Translations under genes and position numbers: made by a program
From: Stegostoma tigrinum
Taxonomy: Eukaryota
Assembly: GCF_030684315.1 (NCBI RefSeq)
Contig: NC_081396.1
Coordinates: 3,224,001-3,288,000, forward strand
Direction of reading: 5' to 3'
DNA: 64,000 bases
Part shown: piece after piece, positions 1 through 11,990 of the stretch
Numbering within the stretch: position 1 is the stretch's first letter
How the letters are laid out: every line of letters starts with the position of its first letter
The notes under the pieces: generated by a model
What the model saw: only the letters and a program-made list of their open reading frames with translations
The model's database searches: none
Told to the model about the DNA's origin: nothing

Positions 1-2146
1 CCAGAGAATGGGAGGGGGAGTGGAAATGGTTTGCGACTGGGAGGTGCAGTTGTTTATTGCGAACTGAGCGGAGGTGTTCTGCAAAGTGGTCCGCAAGCCT
101 CCGCTTGGTTTCCCCAATGTAGAGGGAGCCGCACCGGGTACAGTGGATGCAGTATACCACATTGGCAGATGTGCAGGTGAACCTCTGCTTTATGTGGAAT
201 GTCATCTTGGGGCCTGGGATGGGGGTGAGGGAGGAGGTGTGGGGACAGGTGTAGCATTTCCTGCGGTTGCAGGGGAAGGTGCCAGGTGTGGTGGGGTTGG
301 AGGGCAGTGTGGAGCGAACAAGGGAGTCACGGAGAGAGTGGTCTCTCCGGAAAGCTGACAGGGGAGGGGATGGAAAAATGTCTTGGGTGGTGGGGTCGGA
401 TTGTAAATGGCAGAAGTGTCGGAGGAGAATGCGTTGTATCCGGAGGTTGGTAGGGTGGTGTGTGAGAACGAGGGGGATCCTCTTGGGGCGGTTGTGGAGG
501 GGGCGGGGTGTGAGGGATGTGTTGCAGGAAATACGGGAGACGCGGTCAAGGGCGTTCCCGATCACTGTGGGGGGAAAGTTGCGGTCCTTAAAGAACTTGG
601 ACATCTGGGATGTGCGGGAGTGGAATGTCTTATCGTGGGAGCAGATGCGGCGGAGGCGGAGGAATTGGGAATAGGGGATGGAATTTTTGCAGGAGGGTGG
701 GTGGGAGGAGGTGTATTCTAGGTAGCTGTGGGAGTCAGTGGGCTTGAAATGGACATCAGTTACAAGCTGGTTGCCTGAGATGGAGACTGAGAGGTCCAGG
801 AAGGTGAGGGATGTGCTGAAGATGGCCCAGGTGAACTGAAGGTTGGGGTGGAAGGTGTTGGTGAAGTCGATGAACTGTTCGAGCTCCTCTGGGGAGCAAG
901 AGGCGGCGCCGATACAGTCATCAATGTACCGGAGGAAGAGGTGGGTTTGGGGCCTGTGTAGGTGCGGAAGAGGGACTGTTCCACGTAACCTACAAAGAGG
1001 CAGGCATAGCTGGGGCCCATGCGGGTGCCCATGGCCACCCCTTTAGTCTGTAGCAAGTGGGAGGAGTCAAAAGAGAAGTTGTTGAGTGTGAGGACGAGTT
1101 CAGCTAGGTGGATGAGAGTGTCGGTGGAGGGGGACTGGTCGGGCATGCGGGATAGGAAGAAGCGGAGGGCCTTGAGGCCATCTCCATGTGGAATGCAGGT
1201 GTACAGGGACTGGACGTCCATGGTGAATATGAAGTGTTTGGGGCCAGGGAATTGGAAGTCCTGGAGGAGGTGGAGGGCGTGGATGGTGTCACGGATGTAG
1301 GTGGGGAGTTCCTGGACCAAAGGGGAGAAAATGGAGTCCAGATAGGTGGAGATGAGTTCGGTGGGGCAGGAGCAGGCTGAGACGATGGGTCGACCAGGGC
1401 AGGCAGGTTTGTGGATTTTGGGAAGGAGATAGAAACGGGCCGTGCGGGGTTGAGGAACAATAAGGTTGGAGGCTGTGGGTGGGAGGTCCCCTGTGGTGAT
1501 GAGGTCGTGAATGGTGTTGGAGATGATGGTTTGGTGCTCGGGTGTGGGGTCATGATCGATGAGGTGGTAGGAGGTGGTGTCGGAGAGTTGGCGTCTGGCC
1601 TCGGCGATGTAGAGGTCAGTGCGCCATACTACCACTGCGCCACCCTTGTCTGCGGGTTTGATGGTGAGGTTGGGGTTGGAGCGGAGGGAGCGGAGGGCTG
1701 CCCGTTCTGCGGGGGAGAGGTTGGAGTGGGTGAGAGGGGTGGAGAGGTTGAGGCGGTTAATGTCTCGACGGCAGTTGGAGATGAAGAGGTCGAGGGAAGG
1801 TAGGAGGCCTGAGGGTGGTGTCCAGGAGGAGGACTTGTGTTGGAAGCGGGTGAAGGGGTCAGTGGAGGGAGGGTTGGGTTCCCGGTTGAAGAAGTAGGCA
1901 TGGAGGCGAAGACGGCGGAAAAACTGCTCTATGTCCAACCGTGACTGGTATTCGTTGATGTGTGGTTGTAGGGGGACAAAGGTGAGCCCCTTGCTAAGGA
2001 CTGACCGTTCGTCCTCAGTCAGTGGGAGGTCTGGGGGGACGGTGAAGATGCGGCAGGGTTCAGTGTGGCTGTCTCCTCTGGGGTTGCTGGCTGTGGAGGT
2101 TGTGGGCGGAGCGATGAGGTCGTCGGCCGTGGGCGGGGTTCCGTCA
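1..2146 (-). mobile_element. Penelope-like retroelement (Neptune-type), 5'-truncated, RT + GIY-YIG; continues past the left window edge
   Basis: ORF 760..2208 has PLE RT motifs IKPADKGGAVVV, FYLLPKIHK, GRPIVS, MDVQSLYTCIP, GVAMGTRMGPSYA. YIDD follows a 1-bp deletion near 943. Downstream sequence mirrors the GIY-YIG region of the plus-strand copy. Confidence 0.92.
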
Positions 2147-3371
2147 CACTTCTCTTTTGACTCCTCCCACTTCCTACAGACTAAGTGGGTGGCCATGGGC
2201 ACCCGCATGGGCCCCAGCTATGCCTGCCTCTTTGTAGGTTACGTGGAACAGTCCCTCTTCCGCACCTACACAGGCCCCAAACCCCACCTCTTCCTCCGTT
2301 ACATTTGATGACTGTATCGGCGCCGCCTCTTGCTCCCCAGAGGAGCTCGAACAGTTCATCGACTTCACCAACACCTTCCACCCCAACCTTCAGTTCACCA
2401 GGGCCATCTCCAGCACATCCCTCACCTTCCTGGACCTCTCAGTCTCCATCTCAGGCAACCAGCTTGTAACTGATGTCCATTTCAAGCCCACCGACTCCCA
2501 CAGCTACCTAGAATACACCTCCTCCCACCCACCCTCCTGCAAAAATTCCATCCCCTATTCCCAATTCCTCCGCCTCCGCCGCATCTGCTCCCACGATAAG
2601 ACATTCCACTCCCGCACATCCCAGATGTCCAAGTTCTTTAAGGACCGCAACTTTCCCCCCACAGTGATCGAGAACGCCCTTGACCGCGTCTCCCGTAATT
2701 CCCGCAACACATCCCTCACACCCCGCCCCCGCCACAACCGCCCCAAGAGGATCCCCCTCGTTCTCACACACCACCCTACCAACCTCCGGATACAACGCAT
2801 TATCCTCCGACACTTCCGCCATTTACAATCCGGCCCCACCACCCAAGACATTTTTCCATCCCCTCCCCTGTCAGCTTTCCGGAGAGACCACTCTCTCCGT
2901 GACTCCCTTGTTCGCTCCACACTGCCCTTCAACCCCACCACACCTGGCACCTTCCCCTGCAACCGCAGGAAATGCTACACCTGTCCCCACACCTCCTCCC
3001 TCACCCCCATCCCAGGCCGCAAGATGACATTCCACATAAAGCAGAGGTTCACCTGCACATCTGCCAATGTGGTATACTGCATCCACTGTACCCGGTACGG
3101 CTTCCTCTACATTGGGGAAACCAAGCGGAGGCTTGGGGACCGCTTTGCAGAACACCTCCGCTCAGTTCGCAATAAACAACTGCACCTCCCAGTCGCAAAC
3201 CATTTCCACTCCCCCTCCCATTCTCTAGATGACATGTCCATCATGGGCCTCCTGCAGTGCCACAATGATGCCACCCGAAGGTTGCAGGAGCAGCAACTCA
3301 TATTCCGCCTGGAAACGCTGCAGCCATATGGTATCAATGTGGACTTCACCAGTTTCAAAATCTCCCCTTCC

Positions 3372-3480
3372 CCTACTGCATCCCTAAACCAGCCCAGTTC
3401 GTCCCCTCCCCCCACTGCACCACACAACCAGCCCAGCTCTTCCCCCCGACCCACTGCATCCCAAAACCAGTCCAACCTGT
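3372..3480 (+). repeat. ~39-bp tandem repeat (about 3 copies) at the PLE ORF end
   Basis: Unit CCCACTGCATCCCAAAACCAGCCCAGCTCTTCCCCTCC; also present at ~5995-6110 on the minus strand. Confidence 0.8.
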
Positions 3481-3718
3481 CTCTGCCCCCTAACCTGTTC
3501 TTCCTCTCACCCATCCCTTCCTCCCACCCCAAGCCGCACCTCCATTTCCTCCCTACTAACCTCATCCCACCTCCTTGACCTGTCCGTCTTCCCTGGACTG
3601 ACCTATCCCCTCCCTACCTCCCCACCTACAATCTCTCCACCTATCTTCTTTTCTCTCCATCTTCGGTCCACCTCCCCCTCTCTCCCTACTTATTCCAGTT
3701 CCCTCTCCCCATCCCCCT

Positions 3719-3750
3719 CTCTGATGAAGGGTCTAGGCCCGAAACGTCAG
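3719..3750 (+). ncRNA. Minimal type I hammerhead ribozyme motif in the PLE 3' repeat
   Basis: CTGATGA-A-GGG(TCTAGG)CCC-GAAA-C-GTC: both core boxes, stem II, palindromic ACGT stem III and a GUC cleavage triplet. Confidence 0.75.
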
Positions 3751-3849
3751 CTTTTGTGCTCCTGAGATGCTGCTTGGCCTGCTGTGTTCATCCAGCCTCA
3801 CATTTTATTATCTTGGAATTCTCCAGCATTTGCAGTTCCCATTATCTGT

Positions 3850-4112
3850 GATAATAAATGCCTTCTTAACTGTGCTATCTCCCTCTGATTCCACTTGCAA
3901 GGAACGCCAATGTCTCTTTCTTCAGCAACACTCCACAGGATCTTACCATTAGGCGTATAAATCCTGCCCTGATATGCCTTTCCAAACTGCAGCACCTCTC
4001 CTTTAACTAAATTAAACTCTCTCTGCCATTTCTCGACCCACTGGCCCATCTGATCAAGGCCCTGTCGTATTCTGAGATAGCCTTTTTTGCTCCCCACGAC
4101 ACCACCAAAGTC
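3850..4112 (-). mobile_element. CR1/HER1-like LINE RT fragment
   Basis: Translation [26 protein letters not shown] is typical of the CR1 RT C-terminus. Confidence 0.8.
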
Positions 4113-4114
4113 CA

Positions 4115-4800
4115 ATACAACTCCTGAACGGTCTCTCGTCAGTGTGAACAATTTGGTGGGGCTTCAGATCCTTGGAACATTTATAGCTTTTCCCACAGTC
4201 TGGCCACTTAAAAAGTCTTTATTTTCAGTTTAAACACACTGGTGTCTCAGCAGCTGGGATGGTGAAATAAATCCCAATCCACATTTAGAACAAATGAACA
4301 GTTTCTCCCCATTGTACAGTTGTTGGTGTGTCAGCAGATTAGATGACTGAGTCAATCCCTTCCCACAGTCAGAGCAGGCGAATGGCCTCTTCTCACTGTG
4401 AACCCGATGGCTTGCCATGAGTTGAGGTGATTACTTGATCCCCGACCCATGGTGAGAGCACCTGAACGGTTCTCCTGAGTTTTTGTAATGCTTCCAGCTG
4501 TCTAGGCATTTAAAACGCGTCTCCTCAGTGTGAGCTCACTGGTGTGTCGGCAGGTGGGATGACTGAATGAATCCTTTTCCACTTGCGGAGCAAGTGAACA
4601 GCCTCTCTCCAGTATGTACTCGCGGGGTTTCAATTGTTTGGATAACTGAGTGAAACATTTCCCACACACTGGGCAGATGAATTTTCTCTCCCCGGCATAA
4701 CTGAGGCGATGAGTTTCTAGTTTCAGTGCATAATTGAACTCCTGCCCACAGTGCCCCTGTTTCCACAGCTTTTCATCAGAGCGATTGGTGCTTCTGGCTG
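4115..4800 (-). pseudogene. Decayed C2H2 (Kruppel-type) zinc-finger array, ~8 fingers
   Basis: [36 protein letters not shown] across shifting frames with stops. Confidence 0.85.
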
Positions 4801-5275
4801 CCATCGTTGAAGGCTAATGATATTCAGGTCCTTTTGAACTGAATCACTCTATCAGATACTGATGTGATGTTTGGCTTACGTTTCGCTGGCTGGACATCTT
4901 ATATCCTGTGAAGTTGATTTTGGAAAGAAAATGGGGTGGGGGAAACATGGGGCGAAATCAGGACAATAACGCGGTAATTTGTGGAGCAGACCCTCGGAAA
5001 GTTGTCAGAACCAAACTTGTTCACGAATGTCTTCAAGAAACAGAAATTTCCACGTGTTTGTATCTCAGAACACATACCCCGAGGGCGACCTGACCACGAA
5101 TTTGAACATATTGCTATTTTTCATGTTACAAACATATCAGAGCCACTTTCCCACCGATAGAACCCTTTTCTTCCACAGCTAACTGCCAATGATATTCACA
5201 CGCTGATCACTCTGCTGACTGCCAGAACTTGTGTTCATTTCTGAGTCTGCAATTTTTGTTTAAGAATTATAATCT

Positions 5276-5535
5276 CTACAGTGTGAAAACAGGTCCTTCG
5301 GCCCAACAAGTTCACACTGAACCATCAGAGCATCCCACCCAGACCTATGCCCGAAATACTACGGGCAATTTAGCATGGCCAATCCACCAAGCCTGCACAA
5401 CTTTGGACGGTGGGATAAAACCGGAGCAAAACCCACGCAGAATGTGCAAACTGTACACAGTCAGTTTCCCGAGGGTGCAATTGAACCCGGGTCCCTGGTG
5501 CTGGGAGGTAGCAATGCGAACCACTGTGCCACACC
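5276..5535 (-). mobile_element. tRNA-derived SINE (HE1/V-SINE-like)
   Basis: Minus strand GTGGCACAGTGG...GGGTTCAATT A/B boxes; homologous to 59905-60216. Confidence 0.8.
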
Positions 5536-5627
5536 TAGTCTTGATTAATACCCTGTAAAAGGAATTCACAAAAGAAAAATCACTGTCGCTCCAGGACAGA
5601 AATCGAGAAAAAGACAAGCATTTTTCT

Positions 5628-6705
5628 GGGATAATGGGAACTGCAGATGCTGGAGAATTCAAGATAACAAAGTGTGAAGCTGGATGAACACAGCAGGCCA
5701 AGCAGCATCTCAGGAGCACAAAAGCTGACGTTTTGGGCCTAGACCCTTCATCAGAGAGGGGCATGGGGTGAGGGTTCTGGAATAAATAGGGAGAGAGGGG
5801 GAGGCGGACCGAAGATGGAGAGAAAAGAAGATAGGTGGAGAGGAGAGTATAGGTGGGGAGGTAGGGAGGGGATAGGTCAGTCCAGGGAAGACGGAAAGGT
5901 CAAGGAGGTGGGATGAGGTTAGTAGGTAGGAGATGGGGGTGCGGCTTGGGGTGGGAGGAAGGGATGGGTGAGAGGAAGAACAGGTTAGCGGGTAGAGACA
6001 GGCTGGGCTGGTTTTGGGATGCAGTGGGTGGAGCGGAAGAGCTGGGCTGGTTTTTGGATGCAGTGGGGGGAGGGGAAGAGCTGGGCTGGTTTTGGGATGC
6101 GGTGGGGGAAGGGGAGATTTTGAAGCTGGTGAAGTCCACATTGATACCATTGGGCTGCAGCGTTCCCAAGCGGAATATGAGTTGCTGTTCCTGCAACCTT
6201 CGGGTGGCATCATTGTGGCACTGCAGGAGGCCCATGATGGACATGTCATGTAAAGAATGGGAGGGGGAGATGAAATGGTTCGCGACCCAGCTCTTCCCCT
6301 CCCCCCACTGCATCCAAAAACCAGCCCAGCCTGTCTCTGCCTCCCTAACCTGTTCTTCCTCTCACCCATCCCTTCCTCCCACCCCAAGCCGCACCTCCAT
6401 TTCCTCCCTACTAACCTCATCCCACCTGCTTGACCTGTCTGTCTTCCCTGGACTGACCTATCCCCTCCCTACCTCCCCACCTATACTCTCCTCCCCACCT
6501 ATCTTCTTTTCTCTCCATCTTCGGCCCGCCTCCCCCTCTCTCCCTATTTATTCCAGAACCCTCACCCATCCCCCTTTCTGATGAAGGGTCTAGGCCTGAA
6601 ACGTCAGCTTTTGTGCTCCTGAGATGCTGCTTGGCCTGCTGTGTTCATCCAGCTCCACACTTTATTGTCTTGGATTTTCGAGCATCTGCAGTTCCCATTA
6701 TCTCT
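5628..6705. mobile_element. Non-autonomous PLE insertion: two 3' ends joined head-to-head (5628-~6283 minus, ~6284-6705 plus)
   Basis: Both arms match 3190-3846. Hammerhead cores at 5727-5754 (minus, GAAA mutated to AAAA) and 6578-6605 (plus). Confidence 0.9.
6576..6607 (+). ncRNA. Minimal hammerhead ribozyme motif
   Basis: CTGATGAAGGGTCTAGGCCTGAAACGTC; stem II keeps a G-U pair. Confidence 0.65.
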
Positions 6706-7437
6706 GTTTAGAGGACCACCCACTTCCGCTTGGACCGCCCACTCCCGTCCTGTTGGTCAGTGAACGACTGCTTATCAGCAGGTGCGCAGCGTGATTTGGG
6801 AAGTGCGATCCTCCCTTTCGCTATGCTGGGATGAGCTTCATCATCCACAGTGAATCGGACAGTATCACAGGTCACAGAGTAGGTGGTCATTCAGGCCGCG
6901 ATGACTGTACTCATTCACTTGAGATACACTGCAAATCTGTCCAAACTCTCCTGCACTTTGCCATAGCCTGCAAATCATTCCTTTAAAAGTTAAATTCTAA
7001 ACCTATTTTGAGAAAACTGCTGAAACAGCATCCAGCTGTTCTTCAGACTGTTCCAGATCCTCAGAACTAGCTGAGTAAAATAATCTTCACTTTTTCACCC
7101 TGCATTATTTGCCAATTATCTGAAATCGTGATTACCAAGTATCGTGACAATGTGAATAATTTCTTTCTCTGCAAAAGAAATACCCTGAAACGAAATCTAA
7201 ACATCGACTAAATCATATTCTCAACTCCAAGGAGAATGATCTGATCCTCTACTGGCTACCCAAAAAAAACCGAAAACCTATCTGAATGTTAATTCATGAA
7301 TTGGGTATAGTCTTTGCAGGGCAGACCAGTATTTGTTGTTCATTTTGTTTTTTTTTGGCTTGGAAAAAGTGGTAGTGAACTTTGTTCGTGAACTGGTGTA
7401 GACCAAGTGCTGTAACTACACTACAGTGCTGTTTGGA

Positions 7438-7838
7438 CTATAATCTCCTGCAGTGCCACAACTCTCCTTTAACTCTAACATCCCATTCTGACACACAACC
7501 CTCCCTGTCTCTGCAATCCCCTGCAGCGTTACATTCCTCAATATCTCTCTCACATCTTCCAGCCTCAGAAATCTTATTGTCTCTACAATCCCCTCCAGCA
7601 CCTACAATCCTCCCTACAGTTGTAACCTTCTCCATTCTCACAAACGTCTCTATCTCTGTAACTTGCTCTAGCCCTGACAAGGCTTTGTCTCTGTAATCTC
7701 CTTCACCCTCACATTCCTCTCTATCTCTGTAATCTTCTTCAGGTTCACAAGCTCCCTACTCCTATAATCCTCTCCAGCCCTGACAATCATCACCTGCTCT
7801 ATAATCTCCTACAGCTCACAAACCTCCCTAACTATATA
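7438..7838 (+). repeat. Degenerate ~35-bp minisatellite (~11 units)
   Basis: Recurring CTATCTCTGTAATCTCCTCCAGCCCTACAA-like unit. Confidence 0.75.
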
Positions 7839-8384
7839 AAGAAGCACGAGAAAATAGAGGGAAACTGCAACCACAGCACCTTAGACAGAATAGAACATTC
7901 CAACAATTTACAGAAATGTTATGAAGCATTATTTGACATGAAGATTTTGTCATGTTCTGCTAGTGTTCTGAGTTTGTAAAATCATGCTTTCATATGTCTC
8001 TCCCTCTCAATTTGCATGGAGTCCAGTATCAAGATTGTTTAGATAGTCCAGATTGCCAGGTGGCAAGTTCCTTTCCCCGTAAGATATTAGTCCATCAGTT
8101 CGGTTTTTATGATAATTTGCTGGCTGTCGCCGTTCATTCCTTCCGGTGCTGGTGTCAGAAATTACTGGCTTCATTCAACTCAGTTTCACAACCTGCCTTT
8201 TGTTTCTTCTGTGGGTTCTTTTTACTCCCTTTCTTTTGCTTTCAGTTGGTTTCACATGGCATTAAGTGGATTTCCATTTGGGAAACTCCAGTCAAACATC
8301 ACAGCTGAATCAAACAGAATCAAGCAAGTTTTCACAACCTGAAAAATCATTCGGTTGTGATTACGGAAGGAAAAAAAGAAAGTG

Positions 8385-9560
8385 CCGTTGACACCAGGGA
8401 GAAACAATACATGTGTTCTGTGTGTGCATGAGGCTGCAGCCCATCAGCTACTTTGTCAATGCACAAATGCAGTTATGATTGGGACAAGCTGTGGGAAGAG
8501 ATTTGGTTTCTCACCTGAATTTGAAGCTCACGAGTGCTAGGGAGAGGCTATTCACCTGCTCCAACTGTGGAAGGTAATTCTGTGGAGTTCCAGAAGATGG
8601 AGAGAGGGGAGAGTGCACAGGACTGGGATGTACAACTTTGGGGTCAGAAGACAGGGGAACAAATGTTCTCTAGATACTGGAATTTATTCAGAATTTGTAT
8701 CCTGGCCAGACAATATCGAACTTTGTAAACTTTTGGAATTGAAGTTGAGGGCTTGGAACAGGAAACTCAAATTAAACTCTGGCCAATATCTAAAAGCTGC
8801 ACGATTAATTGAGACCTGAATATCATGAGACTTTGAACATGTAAGGAGAACCGTTTGGTCTGTCAATGGGAAAATAACTCAAACATCGTTGAGGCAGACA
8901 CACACACCCAACTGAGAATATTCCAGCGAACTGACTATGGAAAGAATTTGATCCAATGACACAACCTCAACATATATCCAATGATTTACACTGGAGAGAC
9001 ACTGGACACTCGTAAGTAAGGGTGCAAAAAATTCTGTAAGATGGTGGGCCATGAGGTGACGGCCACTATGACAAATGCATGGAGATATGAGGAATGTGAT
9101 AAAGTATTTAATTATTCATCACTGCTCGAAAACTACTGTCATAGTCAAATTGGTGCTGGAACTCTGTAGAAACCATAGAAATATGAGAATTGTGCTAAAG
9201 GATTCTATTATCCATCCCAGCTGGAAAATCATTGACACAGTCACACTGGGGAGAGACCATCCACCTGCTTTGTATGTGCGAAGGGAATTACTAAGCCATC
9301 TTGCCTCACATTAAATCCAGCGAGTTCACACAGAAGAAAGCCTGTTCAAATTCACTGACCATGGAAAGAGGTTTTAGTAGTCATCCACGCTCACTGCAAA
9401 CCAGAGAATTCAGACTAGGGACAGACCATTCGCCTGCTCTGTATGTGGGTGGAGATATGCCCTCCATCTGGCAGCCTGTATTTACAAAAGCACACTCTCA
9501 CAGGGGAGAGCCTTTCACCTGCTCTTTGTTACATTGACAGCACTCATTGACACACAGCAT
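8385..9560 (+). pseudogene. Heavily decayed C2H2 zinc-finger array, interrupted at ~8570-8830
   Basis: Repeated CACACTGGGGAGAGACCATTCACCTGC-like linkers (9242, 9410, 9495). Confidence 0.7.
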
Positions 9561-9844
9561 GATCATTGAGTAACTGTGGGTGTTAGATTCTACTGTTATT
9601 GCTGCTGTTAATCACATACAATATTGATAGTCCCTTGGTAATCCCTACTAATGCTGCCAACCTAATTAACTGGTCATACATATGGGTTCCCTGATTTACA
9701 ACGTACAAAAGCTGGTACATACAAAGGGTGTAATTTTAAAGAACCAAAATATAACCACTTTATGTCCTAACAAACGGCTCCTTTATATTGTCCTACATTG
9801 CGTTACAACTTGCTTACAAATCCACTTGCGAATAAACTTTAATT

Positions 9845-10908
9845 TTGGGAACACTGCTGTTTGTCATTTTTATAAATGACTTGGATGCAGGCACAATTGG
9901 ATGGGTTAGTAAGTTTGCAGATGACACTAAAGTCGGTGGAGTGGTGGACTGCGTGGAAGAATGTTGCAGGTTGCAGGGAGACTTGGATAAACTGCAGAAT
10001 TGGGCTGAAAGGTGGCAAATGGAGTTTAATATGGATAAATGTGAGGGGGTTCACTTCGGGAGGAATAATAGGAAGGCAGAATACTGCATCAATGGAAAGA
10101 TTCTTGGTAGTGTAGATGTGCAGAGGGATCTTGGTGTCGATGTACATAGATCCCTGAAAGTTGCCACCCAGGTTGATAGTGCTGTTAAGAAGGCTTACAG
10201 CGTGTTAGGCTTTATTGGTAGAGGGATTGATTTCTGGAGCCGTGATGTCATGCTGCAACTGTACAAAATGCTAGTGCGGCCTCATTTGGAATATTGTGTG
10301 CAGTTCTGGTCGCCCCATTACAGGAAGGATGTGGAAGCATTGGAAAAGGTGCAGAGGAGATTTACCAGGATGTTGCCTGGCCTGGAGCGCAAGCCCTGTG
10401 AAGAAAGGCTGAGGGACTTGGGTCTGTTCTCATTGGAGAGAAGGAGGCTAAGAGGGGATTTAATAGAGACATGCAAGGTGATCAGAGGATTAGATAGGGT
10501 GGACAGTGAGATTCTTTTTCTGAGTATGATGACTTCAGCTTGTACTAGGGGGCATACATACAAATTGAGGGGTGATAGATTTAAGACAGATGTCAGAGGC
10601 AGGTTCTTTACTCAGAGAGTGTTAAGGGCGTGGAATGCCCTGCCTGCCAATGTAGTTAACTCAGCCACATTAGGGGCATTTAAACAGTCCTTGGATAAGC
10701 ATATGGAGGAAGACGGGATGGTGTAGGGGGAGGGGCTTAGATTAGATCACAAGTCGGTGCAACATCGTGGGCCAAAGGGCCTGTTCTACGTTGTATTGTT
10801 TTATGTTCTATGTTCTATGTTCTATGTTTTATGTTCTATGTTCTATGTCCTATGTCCTATGTTCTATGTTCTATGTCCTATGTTCTATGTTCTATGTTCT
10901 ATGTTCTA
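9845..10908 (+). mobile_element. CR1/HER1-like LINE 3' fragment with (TGTTCTA)n tail
   Basis: Open 293-aa RT C-terminus (FADDTK, LYKMLVRPHLEYCVQFWSP); heptamer repeat tail at ~10804-10908. Confidence 0.93.
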
Positions 10909-11494
10909 ACTCCAGAATGGAACCAGTGTGCAACCCATGGGCGATGTGGACTATATTCCAGTAAAGTGGGTTTTTAAAAGCTCTGACTGCGATCCTTCCC
11001 TCAATTCAAAAGCCACCCTCTCTGCTGCCCTGGTATGAGCCCTGCCATTCACAGTGAACGGTGCAGAATCACTTACCACAGCGGCCGGTGGCCATTCGGC
11101 CCATTGCGGCTACACTCTCTCACTTGAGAAATGCTGCAAATATGTCTCAACTTCCCTGCCCTTTGTCAAAGTTCTCTACGTTTTTCCTCATTGTGTTGAA
11201 TTTCAAACCACTTTTGAAAATTACTGCAGAACCTGTTTTCATCTACTATTTAGTCTGTTCTAGATCTGCAGAATGTGAGTAAAACAATCCCCACATTTCA
11301 CCATGCATTATTTTCCAATTATCTGAAAGCTGACTTTTATAGTTACCAAAGATTCAGCCAATGTAAATAATTCTAAGTCCGTAGACAAAAACTCCCAGAA
11401 GCAAACTGGCACCGCGATTGCTTGCACTGCTTAACTGTCTCAGCCCAAAGGGTAATTGTCAGAGTTGCTCTCTCTCCAAATATCAGAAAGCCTT

Positions 11495-11990
11495 CATCTT
11501 CTATTTGTCCGTGGGATTTGGTCTCTACTGCAGAGATTTATTGCACATCTTGAATTTAAGGTGGTTGTGAGCTGCTTTCTGAAGGTCTGCAGTCCATGTG
11601 GTGTCGGGATACCCACAGTGTTGTGCAGAGGGGACTTTCAGGATTTTGACCCAGCGACAGAGCGTTAGTGGCAATGTGGTCCCAACACAAGATGAATCAT
11701 TCCTTAGAAGTCTTCTGACCGTTCTGTCGCCCTTGTCCTTCTCGGTAGAGCTTGTGAGTTTGGAAGCTGCCATGGAAAGGGCCTTGGTGAGGTACAACAA
11801 TGCAGCTTGTAGATAGTACACCCTGCAATTCAGCAGTGAAGGGAATGGATATTGAAGCCAATAGGAATTTCGTCGGTCAGATAGACCATGATGCACTGGA
11901 TGGTGTTGTGCTGAGTGTTTTGGAGCAGCGTTCATCCAGGCTGACATTCCGCTCCTGACTTGTGCCTTACAGGCTACTAGGACTGGCTTT
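11495..11990 (-). mobile_element. Old LINE 3' end (second family)
   Basis: QHHPVHHGLS...SLLNCRVYYL-type LINE C-terminal remnant; related pieces at ~7320-7440 and ~46400-46740. Confidence 0.55.

Larger units (their letters stand above)
2148..3846 (+). mobile_element. Penelope-like retroelement, inverted 5'-truncated copy: RT C-terminal half, Cys linker, GIY-YIG endonuclease, 3' UTR
   Basis: ORF 2625..3578 contains CNRRKCYTCPH...FTC and VVYCIHC...LYIGETKRRLGDRFAEH. Positions 2148-~3230 are a near-identical reverse complement of 1-~1080. Confidence 0.92.

Noticed and set aside
2147-2208. N-terminus (MRVPMATHLVC...) of the 482-aa ORF
   Set aside because: It is the antisense read of the inverted PLE arm, not a real start; the true ORF is 5'-truncated.
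54-6581. Many overlapping Pro/Ser- or Gly-rich ORFs
   Set aside because: Alternative-frame or antisense products of the C-rich PLE sequence.
7438-10908. CRISPR-like arrays (35-bp repeat, TGTTCTA repeat)
   Set aside because: Vertebrate DNA with no unique spacers; these are a minisatellite and a LINE tail.
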